A DNA stretch of 64,000 bases from Candidatus Marinacidobacterales bacterium (GTDB lineage: Bacteria; Acidobacteriota; Vicinamibacteria; Marinacidobacterales; SMYC01). How positions within the stretch are numbered: position 1 is the first letter of the stretch; each line of letters opens with the position of its first letter. The translations under genes and the position numbers were made by a program. The DNA is taken from positions 1,504,001-1,568,000 of the forward strand of contig CBDCYI010000011.1 of assembly GCA_965224085.1 (NCBI GenBank), in the 5' to 3' direction. The notes below the pieces were generated by a model. It worked only from the letters and a program-made list of their open reading frames with translations, was not told where the DNA came from and did not search any database. This document shows, in pieces, positions 10,396 through 19,984 of this stretch.

Positions 10396-10668
10396 TTATC
10401 GATACCCGTGGTGCTTCCGCTCCACATAGCACTTCACGTACCGCCCTTCCCGGGTTCGGTGGACGTGCCAGTAGCGTTCGTGATTATTGTGCGGCCGATA
10501 GTCGTGGCGTCCTCCGCGGTACCGGCATTCCACGAGGTGGTCGCAAGCTAGACGATGGTAATGATGATAGCCGGGCGGTGGCAGCGGAGACTCGTAATAA
10601 ACGGGGTGATGGTGTCCGCAAGCCGCCGCCATGGAAACAAACAGAACCGAACGAAGGGCGTTTGGCAT
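10396..10668 (-). CDS. small His/Tyr-rich lipoprotein (90 aa)
   Basis: GAGGAG RBS 6 nt before ATG; lipobox AAAC at residue 17. Confidence 0.6.
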   Translation of the reverse strand: MPNALRSVLFVSMAAACGHHHPVYYESPLPPPGYHHYHRLACDHLVECRYRGGRHDYRPHNNHERYWHVHRTREGRYVKCYVERKHHGYR

Positions 10669-10773
10669 AACAATCTCCTCGGCGGCGGCCGTGCATGAGT
10701 AGACAGCAAGAATCGTACCGATTGAAGGACCCTTCAAGCTCCATCGGCTGTCCCCCTGCGGAGACACCTTTGT

Positions 10774-11670
10774 TCACTTGCTGGAATCTTTTGCGCGAGG
10801 ATGATGGCTGTCGTAAATGCGCCGCAGCCGTTCCCGGCTCACATGCGTGTAGATCTGAGTCGTCCCGATATTCGAGTGGCCGAGCATGAGCTGCAAGCTG
10901 CGCAGATCGGCTCCACGCTCGAGCAGGTGGGTCGCGAAAGAATGCCGCACAACGTGTGGAGACAAAGCGCCTCGAATCCCGGCGGTGCGGCCGCACGCTT
11001 TCAGGATCTGAAAAAAACGTTGGCGCGTCATCGTTTTTCCCAGGCGGCTTAAGAACATCGCATCTTCTGCATCTGGCGCCCTCCGCAAGAGAGCCGGACG
11101 TCCCTCACGGAGGTAGCGCTCGATCCACTGTTTCGCGGACCGCCCGTAGGGCACGATACGCTCTTTGCGCCCCTTTCCTTGGCACACGAGATAGCCGATG
11201 TCGAAATTTAAATCGGCAATCCTCAAAGCGATGAGCTCCGAAACTCTGAGGCCGGTGGCGTAAAGCAGCTCGAGCATCGCGCGGTCCCGCAACCCTTCCG
11301 GGATGGCAGTATCGGACGCTTCGAGAAGGCCGTCCACTTCGTCCAAATTCAAGTAGCGCGGCAAGCTCTTCGGAAGTCGGGCCGAGTCGATCTGCTCTGC
11401 CGGATCGGTTCGGATCGTTCCTTCGGCAGCGGCAAACCGATAGAGACCTCTCACCGCCGAGCTCACCCGCCCGATCGAGCGCAGGGAAAGCCCCTGACGA
11501 TGCAAGTCCCGAAGAAAATCCCGTAGATCCGGAGCCGTCAGCGACGCGAGCGTTTTGCGGTGGCTCTTCGCATAGAGTTCGAGCTTTGCGATGTCCCGTC
11601 GATAAGCCACAATCGTGTTCGGCGACAGTCCTCTCTCGACCTCCAAGTAATGAAGGAACGCATTCTTCAA
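10774..11670 (-). CDS. xerD: site-specific tyrosine recombinase XerD
   Basis: LLYATGLRVSEL, GKGRKERIVP, SPHVVRHSFATHLLERGADLR, LGHSNIGTTQIYTHV, HHPRA. Confidence 0.92.
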   Translation of the reverse strand: MKNAFLHYLEVERGLSPNTIVAYRRDIAKLELYAKSHRKTLASLTAPDLRDFLRDLHRQGLSLRSIGRVSSAVRGLYRFAAAEGTIRTDPAEQIDSARLPKSLPRYLNLDEVDGLLEASDTAIPEGLRDRAMLELLYATGLRVSELIALRIADLNFDIGYLVCQGKGRKERIVPYGRSAKQWIERYLREGRPALLRRAPDAEDAMFLSRLGKTMTRQRFFQILKACGRTAGIRGALSPHVVRHSFATHLLERGADLRSLQLMLGHSNIGTTQIYTHVSRERLRRIYDSHHPRAKDSSK

Positions 11671-12461
11671 AACCGAACCGTCACGCCGAAATACTGACCG
11701 CGCAGCCGAAAGATTGCCCGGGATTCGGGCTCCACGTTCTTGAAGCGGTTGTACGAATTCCGATAGCCGTAGGAGAATCCAAGACTAGGGACCGCGTTGT
11801 AGGTTACCGAGAAGTCGACATCAGTCATGACACCGGTCGCCTCACGTTTCATCCCGAGCGCCTCCGCGCTCACCGCGAGGGCGGGCGTCAAATAGAGCCG
11901 CGACGCAATACCAAAAATCGGCAAGTCCATCGTGAGCAGCACCGGAGTCATTTCGGAGCCTGAAGAGCTGAAATCGGTCTTCGCCCGAAAACGCACCCAC
12001 TCTCCCGCAACAGCGAGAAATCCGTATTGTCCGCTCAAGAGATCGAACTCGACGCCTCCGCGTCTTTGTTCGAGCTCGAGAGAGTTCGTCAAGGTCGCGC
12101 CAGTCGGAAACGTGGTCCCTGAGATCGTCAAAGCCTCCGTAACGATCGTGTCTGCGTCGTAGCGAACGCGGAACCAATTTGCGCGGATCTTGATTCTCTT
12201 CGTCAAACGAACTCCGAAGTGATAGTCGAAGGTTTGCTTTTTCGGAAGGCCGAGAGCGAGCACCGGGTCGAAGTCGCTGCCGATACTTTCTGGATTCGAA
12301 AGACGCATCTCCGAGACGAGGTCGGAGCGCCATCGACGCAGCTCGAAATCGACCGTACTCTGCTCGCCATAATTGGACGACGGCCGTTGCGTCTGCGCCG
12401 TCGCAACGGTCTGCGCCATCGAGAATAGAACGAGGAGCACACACGTCTTTACAAATCCCAT
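11667..12461 (-). CDS. probable outer-membrane beta-barrel protein
   Basis: GGAGG RBS, signal peptide, C-terminal GQYFGVTVRF barrel signal. Confidence 0.7.
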   Translation of the reverse strand: MGFVKTCVLLVLFSMAQTVATAQTQRPSSNYGEQSTVDFELRRWRSDLVSEMRLSNPESIGSDFDPVLALGLPKKQTFDYHFGVRLTKRIKIRANWFRVRYDADTIVTEALTISGTTFPTGATLTNSLELEQRRGGVEFDLLSGQYGFLAVAGEWVRFRAKTDFSSSGSEMTPVLLTMDLPIFGIASRLYLTPALAVSAEALGMKREATGVMTDVDFSVTYNAVPSLGFSYGYRNSYNRFKNVEPESRAIFRLRGQYFGVTVRF

Positions 12462-12475
12462 TTCACCTCCGAAGG

Positions 12476-14167
12476 TTATTGTTTCAATGCCGCGAGTGCT
12501 TGATCCAACTCTCGGACTCGAAGAAGTTTGCACCCGAAAAAAAACACCGTGAGGCCAACGAGGATGGAGCTGCCAACTTGCAGTAGTCGCGTCCACACTA
12601 CGTCGTGCCCGAGAGAGCCGTCGAGGCTTAGAAAGGTGAAAAACGCGAACGCTCCCATGACCGCGGAGACTACCACCGTTTTACCGAAGGTCACGAGCGC
12701 ACTCTTGCCACCGAGACGCTCGAGCCCGCTTCGCTTTCGAAACAGGAGCCATAGGAAAACGAGCGAGATCGTCATCGTCGTCGACGTCGCGAGCGCCAGG
12801 CCTCGATGATCGAGCCCGAGCCGAATGACAAAGAGCCAATTGAGAGCCGCGTTCGTCAATATGCTCGCGAGGCTGACGACGAGCGGCGCGCGGACGTCCT
12901 GAAGCGCATAGAAGCCGTCCGTCACGATCTTGACGGCAGCGAAGCTCAAGAGGCCGAAGGCGTAGAAACGTAGAGCGCCAGCAACCTGCACCGTATCGTA
13001 CGGGGAAAAACGACCCTGCTCGAAGATCAGGCGTACGATGGGAGGCGCCAGCACGAGAAGACCGACCGTGGCGGGCACGGTGAAAAGGATCACGAGTCGC
13101 GTCGCGAAAGAGAACGTGTCGCGAAAACCGTCCGTGTCCTTTTTGGCCGCCGCGCGACTGAGGGCCGGGAGCGTCGCCACCGAGACCGCGACGCCAACGA
13201 GGCCTAGCGGTAAGTGCAAAATGCGAAACGCCTGGATGATCCACGTCATCCACCCTTCGCCCCGCGACGCGAAGATCGAGTTCACCAACTGATTGACTTG
13301 AACGGTCGAAGCGATCAGCGCTCCGGGCCCGAATAGACCCAACACCCTCCCGAGCAAAGGGTCACGAAAGTCGAAATTGGGACGATAGCGGTACCCGAGT
13401 CGAAACAAGGATGGAAGCTGCCACAAAAGATGCAAGATACCGCCCACGAGCACGCCTATCGCCACCCCGATGGCCGGATGCTGGCCGTATTGAGGGGCTA
13501 TGTAATAGCCGGTCACGCCGACGACGATCGACCCGACATTGAAAAACGCCGAAGCCAGCGCCGGAACAAGAAACCGCCCGCGCGCGTTGAGAACAGCCAT
13601 GACGAGGGCGGCGAGGGTGACGAAGAAAATGAACGGGAACATGATCTGCGTGAGCCGCACCGTGAGCTCCCGCTTCGTTGCGAAGCCGTAGCTTTCGTCC
13701 GGAACGAGCGGTGTGTCGAAGCCCGCGCCGGGAAAGATCCACGCCACGATGACCTCGGCATAAAGAATGCCGGCCAAGGTCAGCGCAGCCATCACAAGGA
13801 TCATCGCGTTCAACACCACGCTCACCAGACGAAGCGCGGCCTCTTTTCCTTCTTTCTCTTGGATCTCCGAGAACGTCGAGACGAACGCTTTGCTCAAAGC
13901 GCCTTCGCCGAACATGTCGCGAAACAAGTTCGGCAGTCGAAATGCCGCGTAAAACGCGTCTAACACGACGCGCGCCGAGAACAAGTAGGCAAGCACTTGC
14001 TCGCGGACAAGGCCGAGCACCCGCGAGACCATGACGCCGAAACTGACGATGCCCGCGGCACGAGTCAGGCGTTTGGGATCGAAAGCGTCGTCGTGCGCCG
14101 TTTGCTGACCATCGGAGTGGCGCTGGCCTCCGCAAGGCAAGCTCTCCGGCTCGGAGGGGGAAGCCAT
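12476..14167 (-). CDS. murJ: lipid II flippase MurJ (MviN)
   Basis: SRVLGLVRE, AFRLPNLFRDMFGEGALSKAFV, LPLGLVGVAVS motifs. Confidence 0.95.
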   Translation of the reverse strand: MASPSEPESLPCGGQRHSDGQQTAHDDAFDPKRLTRAAGIVSFGVMVSRVLGLVREQVLAYLFSARVVLDAFYAAFRLPNLFRDMFGEGALSKAFVSTFSEIQEKEGKEAALRLVSVVLNAMILVMAALTLAGILYAEVIVAWIFPGAGFDTPLVPDESYGFATKRELTVRLTQIMFPFIFFVTLAALVMAVLNARGRFLVPALASAFFNVGSIVVGVTGYYIAPQYGQHPAIGVAIGVLVGGILHLLWQLPSLFRLGYRYRPNFDFRDPLLGRVLGLFGPGALIASTVQVNQLVNSIFASRGEGWMTWIIQAFRILHLPLGLVGVAVSVATLPALSRAAAKKDTDGFRDTFSFATRLVILFTVPATVGLLVLAPPIVRLIFEQGRFSPYDTVQVAGALRFYAFGLLSFAAVKIVTDGFYALQDVRAPLVVSLASILTNAALNWLFVIRLGLDHRGLALATSTTMTISLVFLWLLFRKRSGLERLGGKSALVTFGKTVVVSAVMGAFAFFTFLSLDGSLGHDVVWTRLLQVGSSILVGLTVFFFGCKLLRVRELDQALAALKQ

Positions 14168-14294
14168 GCGACCATCATATTACATTTCATGTTATGTTAT
14201 GTTATTATTTTCTCATCCGCTTCTACGTCATGCCAATGGAGCAAACGCGGTGCCGCCAACCAAAACTCCGAAAAATTCGACGGGTCCACTCCCG

Positions 14295-14813
14295 TTGCAC
14301 GAAAGCGCTCCGCTCGCTGTATTGCTGTTCGTCTTCTGGGTGATCCTCTCCGGCAAGATAGACTTCTTTCACTTAGCAGCGGGTGCTCTGAGCTCGGCGG
14401 CGATTGCAGTGGCTACGTGTAAGCTCTACGCGCTTTCTCCGCCGGTAGGCCCGGCAGGGCGCCATCCCTTTTGGACTCTTCCCTGGACTCGCCTCGTGAC
14501 TTATGTTCCCTGGCTTGCAACGCAGATCGTCGTCTCGAGCTTTCAGGTGGCGCAGATCGTGCTGAGCCCGAAAATGAAGATCCGTCCGATCATCGTAAGA
14601 TTCGACCATCCTTTGCCCCACAATATCGCTCGGGCAACGCTCGCAAACTCCATCACGCTAACCCCCGGGACCGTGACCATCGACGTGCGCGGCAACGAGT
14701 ATGTTGTTCACGCGCTCACCGATGACGCCGCGGAGCCTCTTTTGAGCGCGGAACCGTCACCTTCAAACATGAAAGCGCGTGTCCGCCGGCTGTTCCGCAC
14801 TAACGAGAACTAG
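14295..14813 (+). CDS. mnhE: Mrp/Mnh antiporter subunit E
   Basis: LANSITLTPGTVTI, YVVHAL; start uncertain. Confidence 0.9.
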   Translation: MHESAPLAVLLFVFWVILSGKIDFFHLAAGALSSAAIAVATCKLYALSPPVGPAGRHPFWTLPWTRLVTYVPWLATQIVVSSFQVAQIVLSPKMKIRPIIVRFDHPLPHNIARATLANSITLTPGTVTIDVRGNEYVVHALTDDAAEPLLSAEPSPSNMKARVRRLFRTNEN

Positions 14814-14833
14814 ACCCAACGCCTCCGCTGACG

Positions 14834-15103
14834 ATGACCACTTTCATCATGGCACTCACGATCGGCATTGCTCTCACGATGCTGGTGTCGCTCTATCGGC
14901 TCCTTCACGGCCCGACGCTATGGGATCGTTTGAGCGGTTTAGGGCTCGTCGGAACCAAGACGATCGTGCTCGTGCTCCTGATGGGCCGCCTCATCGGCCG
15001 CGAGGACATCTTCGTCGACATCACGCTGTCCTACACACTCATCAGCTTCATTGGGGCTTTGGCACTGGCCAAGTATTTCGAAGGCAAAGAGACCGGCCCA
15101 TGA
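14834..15103 (+). CDS. mnhF: Mrp/Mnh antiporter subunit F
   Basis: RLLHGPTLWDR, 3 TM segments, 89 aa. Confidence 0.9.
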   Translation: MTTFIMALTIGIALTMLVSLYRLLHGPTLWDRLSGLGLVGTKTIVLVLLMGRLIGREDIFVDITLSYTLISFIGALALAKYFEGKETGP

Positions 15104-15405
15104 CCGCTTTCGCGTGCGCTTTGCTCAGCTTGGGCTTCTTCTTCATCTTCGCGGGTGCGCTCGGCATCCTACGACTTCCAGATTTTTTCACCCGACTCCA
15201 TGCCATGGGCAAGTCCGACACCCTCGGGGTCGCTCTCATGGTGCTAGGGACGGCCGTCCTCGAAGGCGCCACCCTCAACGGCTTGAAGATCGTGTTGATC
15301 ATTTTTTTCGTCGGTCTCGCGAACCCTACCGCTACACACGCCCTCGGCCGAGCTGCCTATCGAAGTGGCCTCGTCCCTTGGGAATCTCCACGTGACACTG
15401 ACTAA
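15100..15405 (+). CDS. mnhG: Mrp/Mnh antiporter subunit G
   Basis: GILRLPDFFTRLHAMGKSDTLG, NPTATHALGRAA. Confidence 0.92.
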   Translation: MTAFACALLSLGFFFIFAGALGILRLPDFFTRLHAMGKSDTLGVALMVLGTAVLEGATLNGLKIVLIIFFVGLANPTATHALGRAAYRSGLVPWESPRDTD

Positions 15406-15427
15406 TGCCTAGCCCATCCGGCCGACG

Positions 15428-15670
15428 ATGATCGCACCGCTCGTGACTTTGTTTCTCGTAATGATGGTTCTGTGCGCCATCGCCGTGCTCCAAGTTTCGG
15501 ATCTCCTGGGTGCCGTGGTCATTTTTGGCGGGTTCAGTTTCTTCTCCGCCATTTTCTTCACGCTTCTTGGCGCGCTCGACGTGGCTTTCACGGAAGCAGC
15601 GATTGGCGCGGCCATAACAACGGTCTTTTTCGTCTCAGCCATCTACCGAACGAATCGAAGAGTGAGCTAG
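15428..15670 (+). CDS. MnhB-related small subunit (DUF4040-like)
   Basis: ALDVAFTEAAIGA motif within the mrp operon. Confidence 0.85.
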   Translation: MIAPLVTLFLVMMVLCAIAVLQVSDLLGAVVIFGGFSFFSAIFFTLLGALDVAFTEAAIGAAITTVFFVSAIYRTNRRVS

Positions 15671-15674
15671 CAGA

Positions 15675-16418
15675 GTGCAACATCTATTTCAGCGTTTTGG
15701 ATGGCTCCCCTTGGTCGCCGCCGGGGCCCTCTTGTTCTACGCCGCGCGGGATCTGCCTCGCATGGCAGATCCAACATCACCCGCCTCGACTCACGTTTCG
15801 CCGCGCTACATCGAGAGCGCCGTCGCGGAGACCGGCGCCCCGAATATGGTCACCGCCGTCCTCGCGGACTATCGCGCTTACGACACGCTTGGTGAGACCG
15901 TGGTCATCCTCACCGCGGGCCTCGCCTGCCTCCTGGTGCTCGGGTCGTTCGACCTCGGTCGCTCCGATCGCACCCAAAAGGATGCGATGGCCTATCAGTT
16001 CGGGAGCGACGTGCTCGACGCGACGAGTCGACTTCTCATCCCCTTCATCATCCTCTTCGCGGTCTACGTCGTCGTTCACGGACATACGAGCCCCGGAGGG
16101 GGCTTTCAAGGGGGTGCCATCTGCGCCGCCGCCATCATTCTCGTGCGGCTCGTGCGGGGACGGGCGCCCGGCCTGAAGCTTCTCCCGACCTCCACCGTGG
16201 GAATCGCTTCCATCGGCGTGATCATCTACACGGGCACAGGACTCGTCAGCTTGTTCTTCGAGAAAAATTTTCTCGACTATTCCGGCCTACCTCTTCCTTT
16301 TCATGGCGCACACTTGCGCGAGATGGGCTCGCTTTCCGTGGAGACGGGCGTCTTCATCGCGGTCACCGCAGTGATGGTATTGATTTTCGACGTTCTAACG
16401 ATGGGCGCAGAGGACTAA
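15675..16418 (+). CDS. mnhB: Mrp/Mnh antiporter subunit B
   Basis: NMVTAVLADYRAYDTLGE and HGHTSPGGGFQGG motifs. Confidence 0.9.
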   Translation: MQHLFQRFGWLPLVAAGALLFYAARDLPRMADPTSPASTHVSPRYIESAVAETGAPNMVTAVLADYRAYDTLGETVVILTAGLACLLVLGSFDLGRSDRTQKDAMAYQFGSDVLDATSRLLIPFIILFAVYVVVHGHTSPGGGFQGGAICAAAIILVRLVRGRAPGLKLLPTSTVGIASIGVIIYTGTGLVSLFFEKNFLDYSGLPLPFHGAHLREMGSLSVETGVFIAVTAVMVLIFDVLTMGAED

Positions 16419-16429
16419 AGGATTAGCGC

Positions 16430-16798
16430 GTGGAAGCCGATACTCTTAGTTCCGTGAACTATTGGCTTGCAGCTTCATTGTTCCTCATCGGCACATACGG
16501 CATCCTTGCGCGACCACATCTCGTTCGGAAGCTCATGGCGATGAACATCCTTCAAGTCGCCGTCATCGTTTTTTTCATCATTCTGGGATTCAAGAGCGAG
16601 GCAACGCCGCCGATCGCGCGCCACGGGGACGAGACTCCGATCGCGCGCGACTACATCAATCCGCTGCCTCACACGCTCATGCTGACCGCCATCGTCGTCA
16701 GCGTCAGCACGACGGGCGTGGCTCTCGCGCTGCTCATCCGGATCCACCGTCGCTACGGAACTTTGGATGAGACCGAGCTAATCGAGAAGCTGAAGTAG
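16430..16798 (+). CDS. mnhC: Mrp/Mnh antiporter subunit C
   Basis: NPLPHTLMLTAIVV motif. Confidence 0.92.
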   Translation: MEADTLSSVNYWLAASLFLIGTYGILARPHLVRKLMAMNILQVAVIVFFIILGFKSEATPPIARHGDETPIARDYINPLPHTLMLTAIVVSVSTTGVALALLIRIHRRYGTLDETELIEKLK

Positions 16799-16803
16799 CA
16801 ATA

Positions 16804-18261
16804 GTGGATCACGGACCGATCCTGATCGTTGTCGTACCTCTTACGAGCGCGCTTATCATCCCATTCCTCGCTATGGGTGGCGGGCAACTCGCGCGCGGCG
16901 GATTGCTCTTCGCGACTGCGGGCTCTCTGCTTTGCTCGCTCGTCTCGCTCCGCGCGAGTCTCGGTGGCGAGGCAATTAGCTATCACGTCGGCGGCTGGCC
17001 TCCACCATGGGGTATCGAGGTCATCATCGATCCGCTGAGTGGAGTCATGGCGACTCTCGTGAGCTTCCTTGCCCTGCTCGCCACGTTTTACAGCGGACCT
17101 TATCTCAGCAGCTGGACAGCGCGCCGCACCGGAACCTTCTGCAGCGTCTTTGCTCTTCTCGTGACGGGTCTTCAAGGGATCGTCGTGACCGGCGACCTGT
17201 TCAACCTCTACGTCTTCCTCGAGATCTCGTCCATCTCCGCCTACGCGCTCCTCTCGACGGGCGGCAGCAAAGCGATCGTCGCCGTCTTCCGCTATCTGTT
17301 GATTGGAACGGTCGCGGCGAGCTTCTATTTGATCGGCGTAGGCTATCTCTACGCCATGACGGGTACGCTGAACATGGCCGACATGGCGGCTCGTTTGCCC
17401 GAGACGTCAGGCTCCCCCATCATCGTCGTCGCCGTTTCGTTCATCGTGATAGGGCTCGCCATCAAAGCCGCTCTTTTCCCGCTTCACGGATGGCTGCCCG
17501 ACACCTACACGTACGCACCCGGCCCGGTGATTGGGTTCGTCGCCGCCGTCATGACGAAAGTGAGCGCCTACGCGCTCTACCGCATTTTGTTCTATGTCTT
17601 CGTCGCGGATACGGGCCCGCGAGAGCCCCTGTTTCTTCTTGGCTGGGCCTCTGTCATCGCTGTGGTCGCGGGCTCGTTGATGGCACTCGCTCAAAAAGAC
17701 GTTCAGCGCATGCTCGCCTATTCGAGCATCGGCCAGATGGGATACATCATGCTCGGGATCGCGATCGGAACACCGCTCGCGCTGACGGGCGCCCTTCTAC
17801 ATGTCGTCAACCATGCCGTCATGAAGGGCTGTCTCTTCATGGCCGTGAACGGAGTCCAATGGCGTGTCGGTGTCTTTCGCGTGCTCGATTTCGCGGGCAT
17901 GGGTCGTAAGCTTCCGTTGACGATGGCGGCCTTCACGGTCGCCGCTCTCTCCATGATCGGGCTTCCCCCGACCGCCGGATTCTTCAGCAAGTACTACCTC
18001 GCGCTCGCCGCGCTCGAGTCGGGCTACACGCCGTTTCTCGCGGCGCTCGTCTTGTCGAGTCTCCTGGGGGCCATCTATTTCTTCCGCGTGCTCGAGAAAG
18101 CCTATCTCAGCCCCCAGAACGACGAAAGGCCGCGCGACACGAGCGAGCTTCCCTTCCCGATGCTCGCGCCCATCCTGACGCTGGCGGTTCTTGTGCTTCT
18201 CCTCGGTATCTTCAATCAAACTTTCGTGACCGAGCTCATCCGCCCAGGGCTTCCCTCGTGA
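16804..18261 (+). CDS. mrpD: Mrp antiporter subunit D family protein 1
   Basis: GDLFNLYVFLEI, KAALFPLHGWLP, MLAYSS motifs. Confidence 0.9.
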   Translation: MDHGPILIVVVPLTSALIIPFLAMGGGQLARGGLLFATAGSLLCSLVSLRASLGGEAISYHVGGWPPPWGIEVIIDPLSGVMATLVSFLALLATFYSGPYLSSWTARRTGTFCSVFALLVTGLQGIVVTGDLFNLYVFLEISSISAYALLSTGGSKAIVAVFRYLLIGTVAASFYLIGVGYLYAMTGTLNMADMAARLPETSGSPIIVVAVSFIVIGLAIKAALFPLHGWLPDTYTYAPGPVIGFVAAVMTKVSAYALYRILFYVFVADTGPREPLFLLGWASVIAVVAGSLMALAQKDVQRMLAYSSIGQMGYIMLGIAIGTPLALTGALLHVVNHAVMKGCLFMAVNGVQWRVGVFRVLDFAGMGRKLPLTMAAFTVAALSMIGLPPTAGFFSKYYLALAALESGYTPFLAALVLSSLLGAIYFFRVLEKAYLSPQNDERPRDTSELPFPMLAPILTLAVLVLLLGIFNQTFVTELIRPGLPS

Positions 18262-19772
18262 ACGACCCATTGATCTCGGGCGGCCCGCTAGCAGCAGTCC
18301 TCGTATCCCTTGTCGCCGCGGTCGCGATCTTCGTGCTTCGCAACCACCCGAACCTTAGGGAAGCCTGTACGCTCGCGGCAGCCGTCATCAAGTTTGCGAT
18401 CGTCTTCTCGATGCTCCCGATGGTGCTCCATGGCGTCATCCTCGAGAGCCGGCCGCTCGAGCTCGTACCCGGCTGGGAGCTCCATCTCCGCGCCGACGCG
18501 TTCGGAATGGTTTTCGCGTTGCTTGCATCGTCTCTATGGGTGATCACCTCCGTCTACTCGATCGGCTATATGCGAAGCGGCGGCTATACCCACCAGACTG
18601 GCTACTACGCGAGCTTTGCGGTCTGCTTGTCGAGCGCTATTGGGATCGCGTTTGCGGCCAACCTAGCGACGTTCTTTGTTTTCTACGAAATCCTCACCAT
18701 AGCGACCTACCCGCTCGTGATTCATCGCCGCAACGAGGAAGCGGTCGCCGGAGGGCGCAAATATCTCGCCTACACGCTCATTGCAGGACAGGCGCTGCTC
18801 GTGGCGGTCGTTTGGACCGCGAGCCTGGCGCCCGGTGCAACTTTCCAGCCGGGAGGCTTTCTCTCGGGAAGTGCGTCACCTGGAACACTCCGGGCGCTCT
18901 TCGTGCTGTTCATCATCGGGATTGGCGCCAAAGCCGCTATCATGCCGCTTCACGGATGGCTCCCCGCCGCGATGGTGGCGCCGACGCCGGTGAGCGCGCT
19001 TCTTCATGCCGTTGCTGTCGTCAAAGCAGGTGCGTTCGGATGTGTACGTATCGTGGCGTTCGTGTTCGGCGTCGACCTCACAAGCGGGCTCGGGCTCGCG
19101 AACATCCTAGCGTTCGCCGCGGGGGCAACGATTCTCATCGCTTCGATGCGCGCGCTCGGAGAGGATCATTTAAAGAGGCGCCTCGCTTATTCGACCGTGA
19201 GCCAGCTCTCTTACATCGTACTCGGCGCGGCACTGGGCTCACTTCACGCCCTCGTTGGGGCGATATTTCACATCGCGGCGCATGGGTTCATGAAGATCAC
19301 GTTGTTTTTCTGCGCCGGCTCGATCTACACGAAGACCCACAAAGAGTACATCGACGACCTTCGTGGGCTAGGGCGTGAGATGCCGGTAACTTTCGGCGCG
19401 TTCACGCTTGGCGCCCTCGGCCTCGCAGGGATGCCCATATTTGCGGGCTTTCTCAGCAAATGGAACCTCGGCTTGGGAGCGCTCAAAGCCGATCACACGG
19501 TTTATGTCGGCGTTCTAGTCTTGAGTGGTCTCTTGAACTTCGCTTATTTCTTTCCGATCGTCTATACGGGTTTCTTCGGAAAAAGTGACGCACCCTTTCG
19601 CTTCGAGGAGGCCTCCGTTCTTCTTTGGCTTCCTTTAGCCGTGACCGGTGTGGCCTCGATCGTGCTCGGCGTCTTTCCAGATCTAGGGCTTCACTTCTAT
19701 CAACTCGCCTGGCAGGCGGCCGAGAGCCTCGTGGCGCCCGCGCGGATCATGCTGGCGGGAGCCGGCGGATGA
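18258..19772 (+). CDS. Mrp antiporter subunit D family protein 2
   Basis: FFVFYEIL, KAAIMPLHGWLP, LHAVAVVKAG, RLAYST motifs. Confidence 0.88.
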   Translation: MNDPLISGGPLAAVLVSLVAAVAIFVLRNHPNLREACTLAAAVIKFAIVFSMLPMVLHGVILESRPLELVPGWELHLRADAFGMVFALLASSLWVITSVYSIGYMRSGGYTHQTGYYASFAVCLSSAIGIAFAANLATFFVFYEILTIATYPLVIHRRNEEAVAGGRKYLAYTLIAGQALLVAVVWTASLAPGATFQPGGFLSGSASPGTLRALFVLFIIGIGAKAAIMPLHGWLPAAMVAPTPVSALLHAVAVVKAGAFGCVRIVAFVFGVDLTSGLGLANILAFAAGATILIASMRALGEDHLKRRLAYSTVSQLSYIVLGAALGSLHALVGAIFHIAAHGFMKITLFFCAGSIYTKTHKEYIDDLRGLGREMPVTFGAFTLGALGLAGMPIFAGFLSKWNLGLGALKADHTVYVGVLVLSGLLNFAYFFPIVYTGFFGKSDAPFRFEEASVLLWLPLAVTGVASIVLGVFPDLGLHFYQLAWQAAESLVAPARIMLAGAGG

Positions 19773-19984
19773 AACGCATCTATATCGCAACTGCGATTTT
19801 CGTCGTTTCGACAGCGGCTCTCGAGCTTGCTTTCCGTCACCTCGCCCATGCTTCATTTCTCTGGCACAGGCTTCCCGCTTTCGATTTCGTCTACGGATTT
19901 CTCGGCTGCGGCCTCATCGTTTTTGGCTCGAAATGGGTCGGGCATAAGTTCGTGCAGCACGACGAGCACTATTACGAACGATGA
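19769..19984 (+). CDS. small 2-TM protein of the mrp operon
   Basis: ATGA-coupled to both neighbours; two hydrophobic segments, ends DEHYYER. Confidence 0.75.
   Translation: MKRIYIATAIFVVSTAALELAFRHLAHASFLWHRLPAFDFVYGFLGCGLIVFGSKWVGHKFVQHDEHYYER

Noticed and set aside
10774-11670. Tyrosine recombinase as an integrase of a prophage or island
   Set aside because: XerD-type motifs and size, housekeeping context next to murJ, no att sites or phage genes
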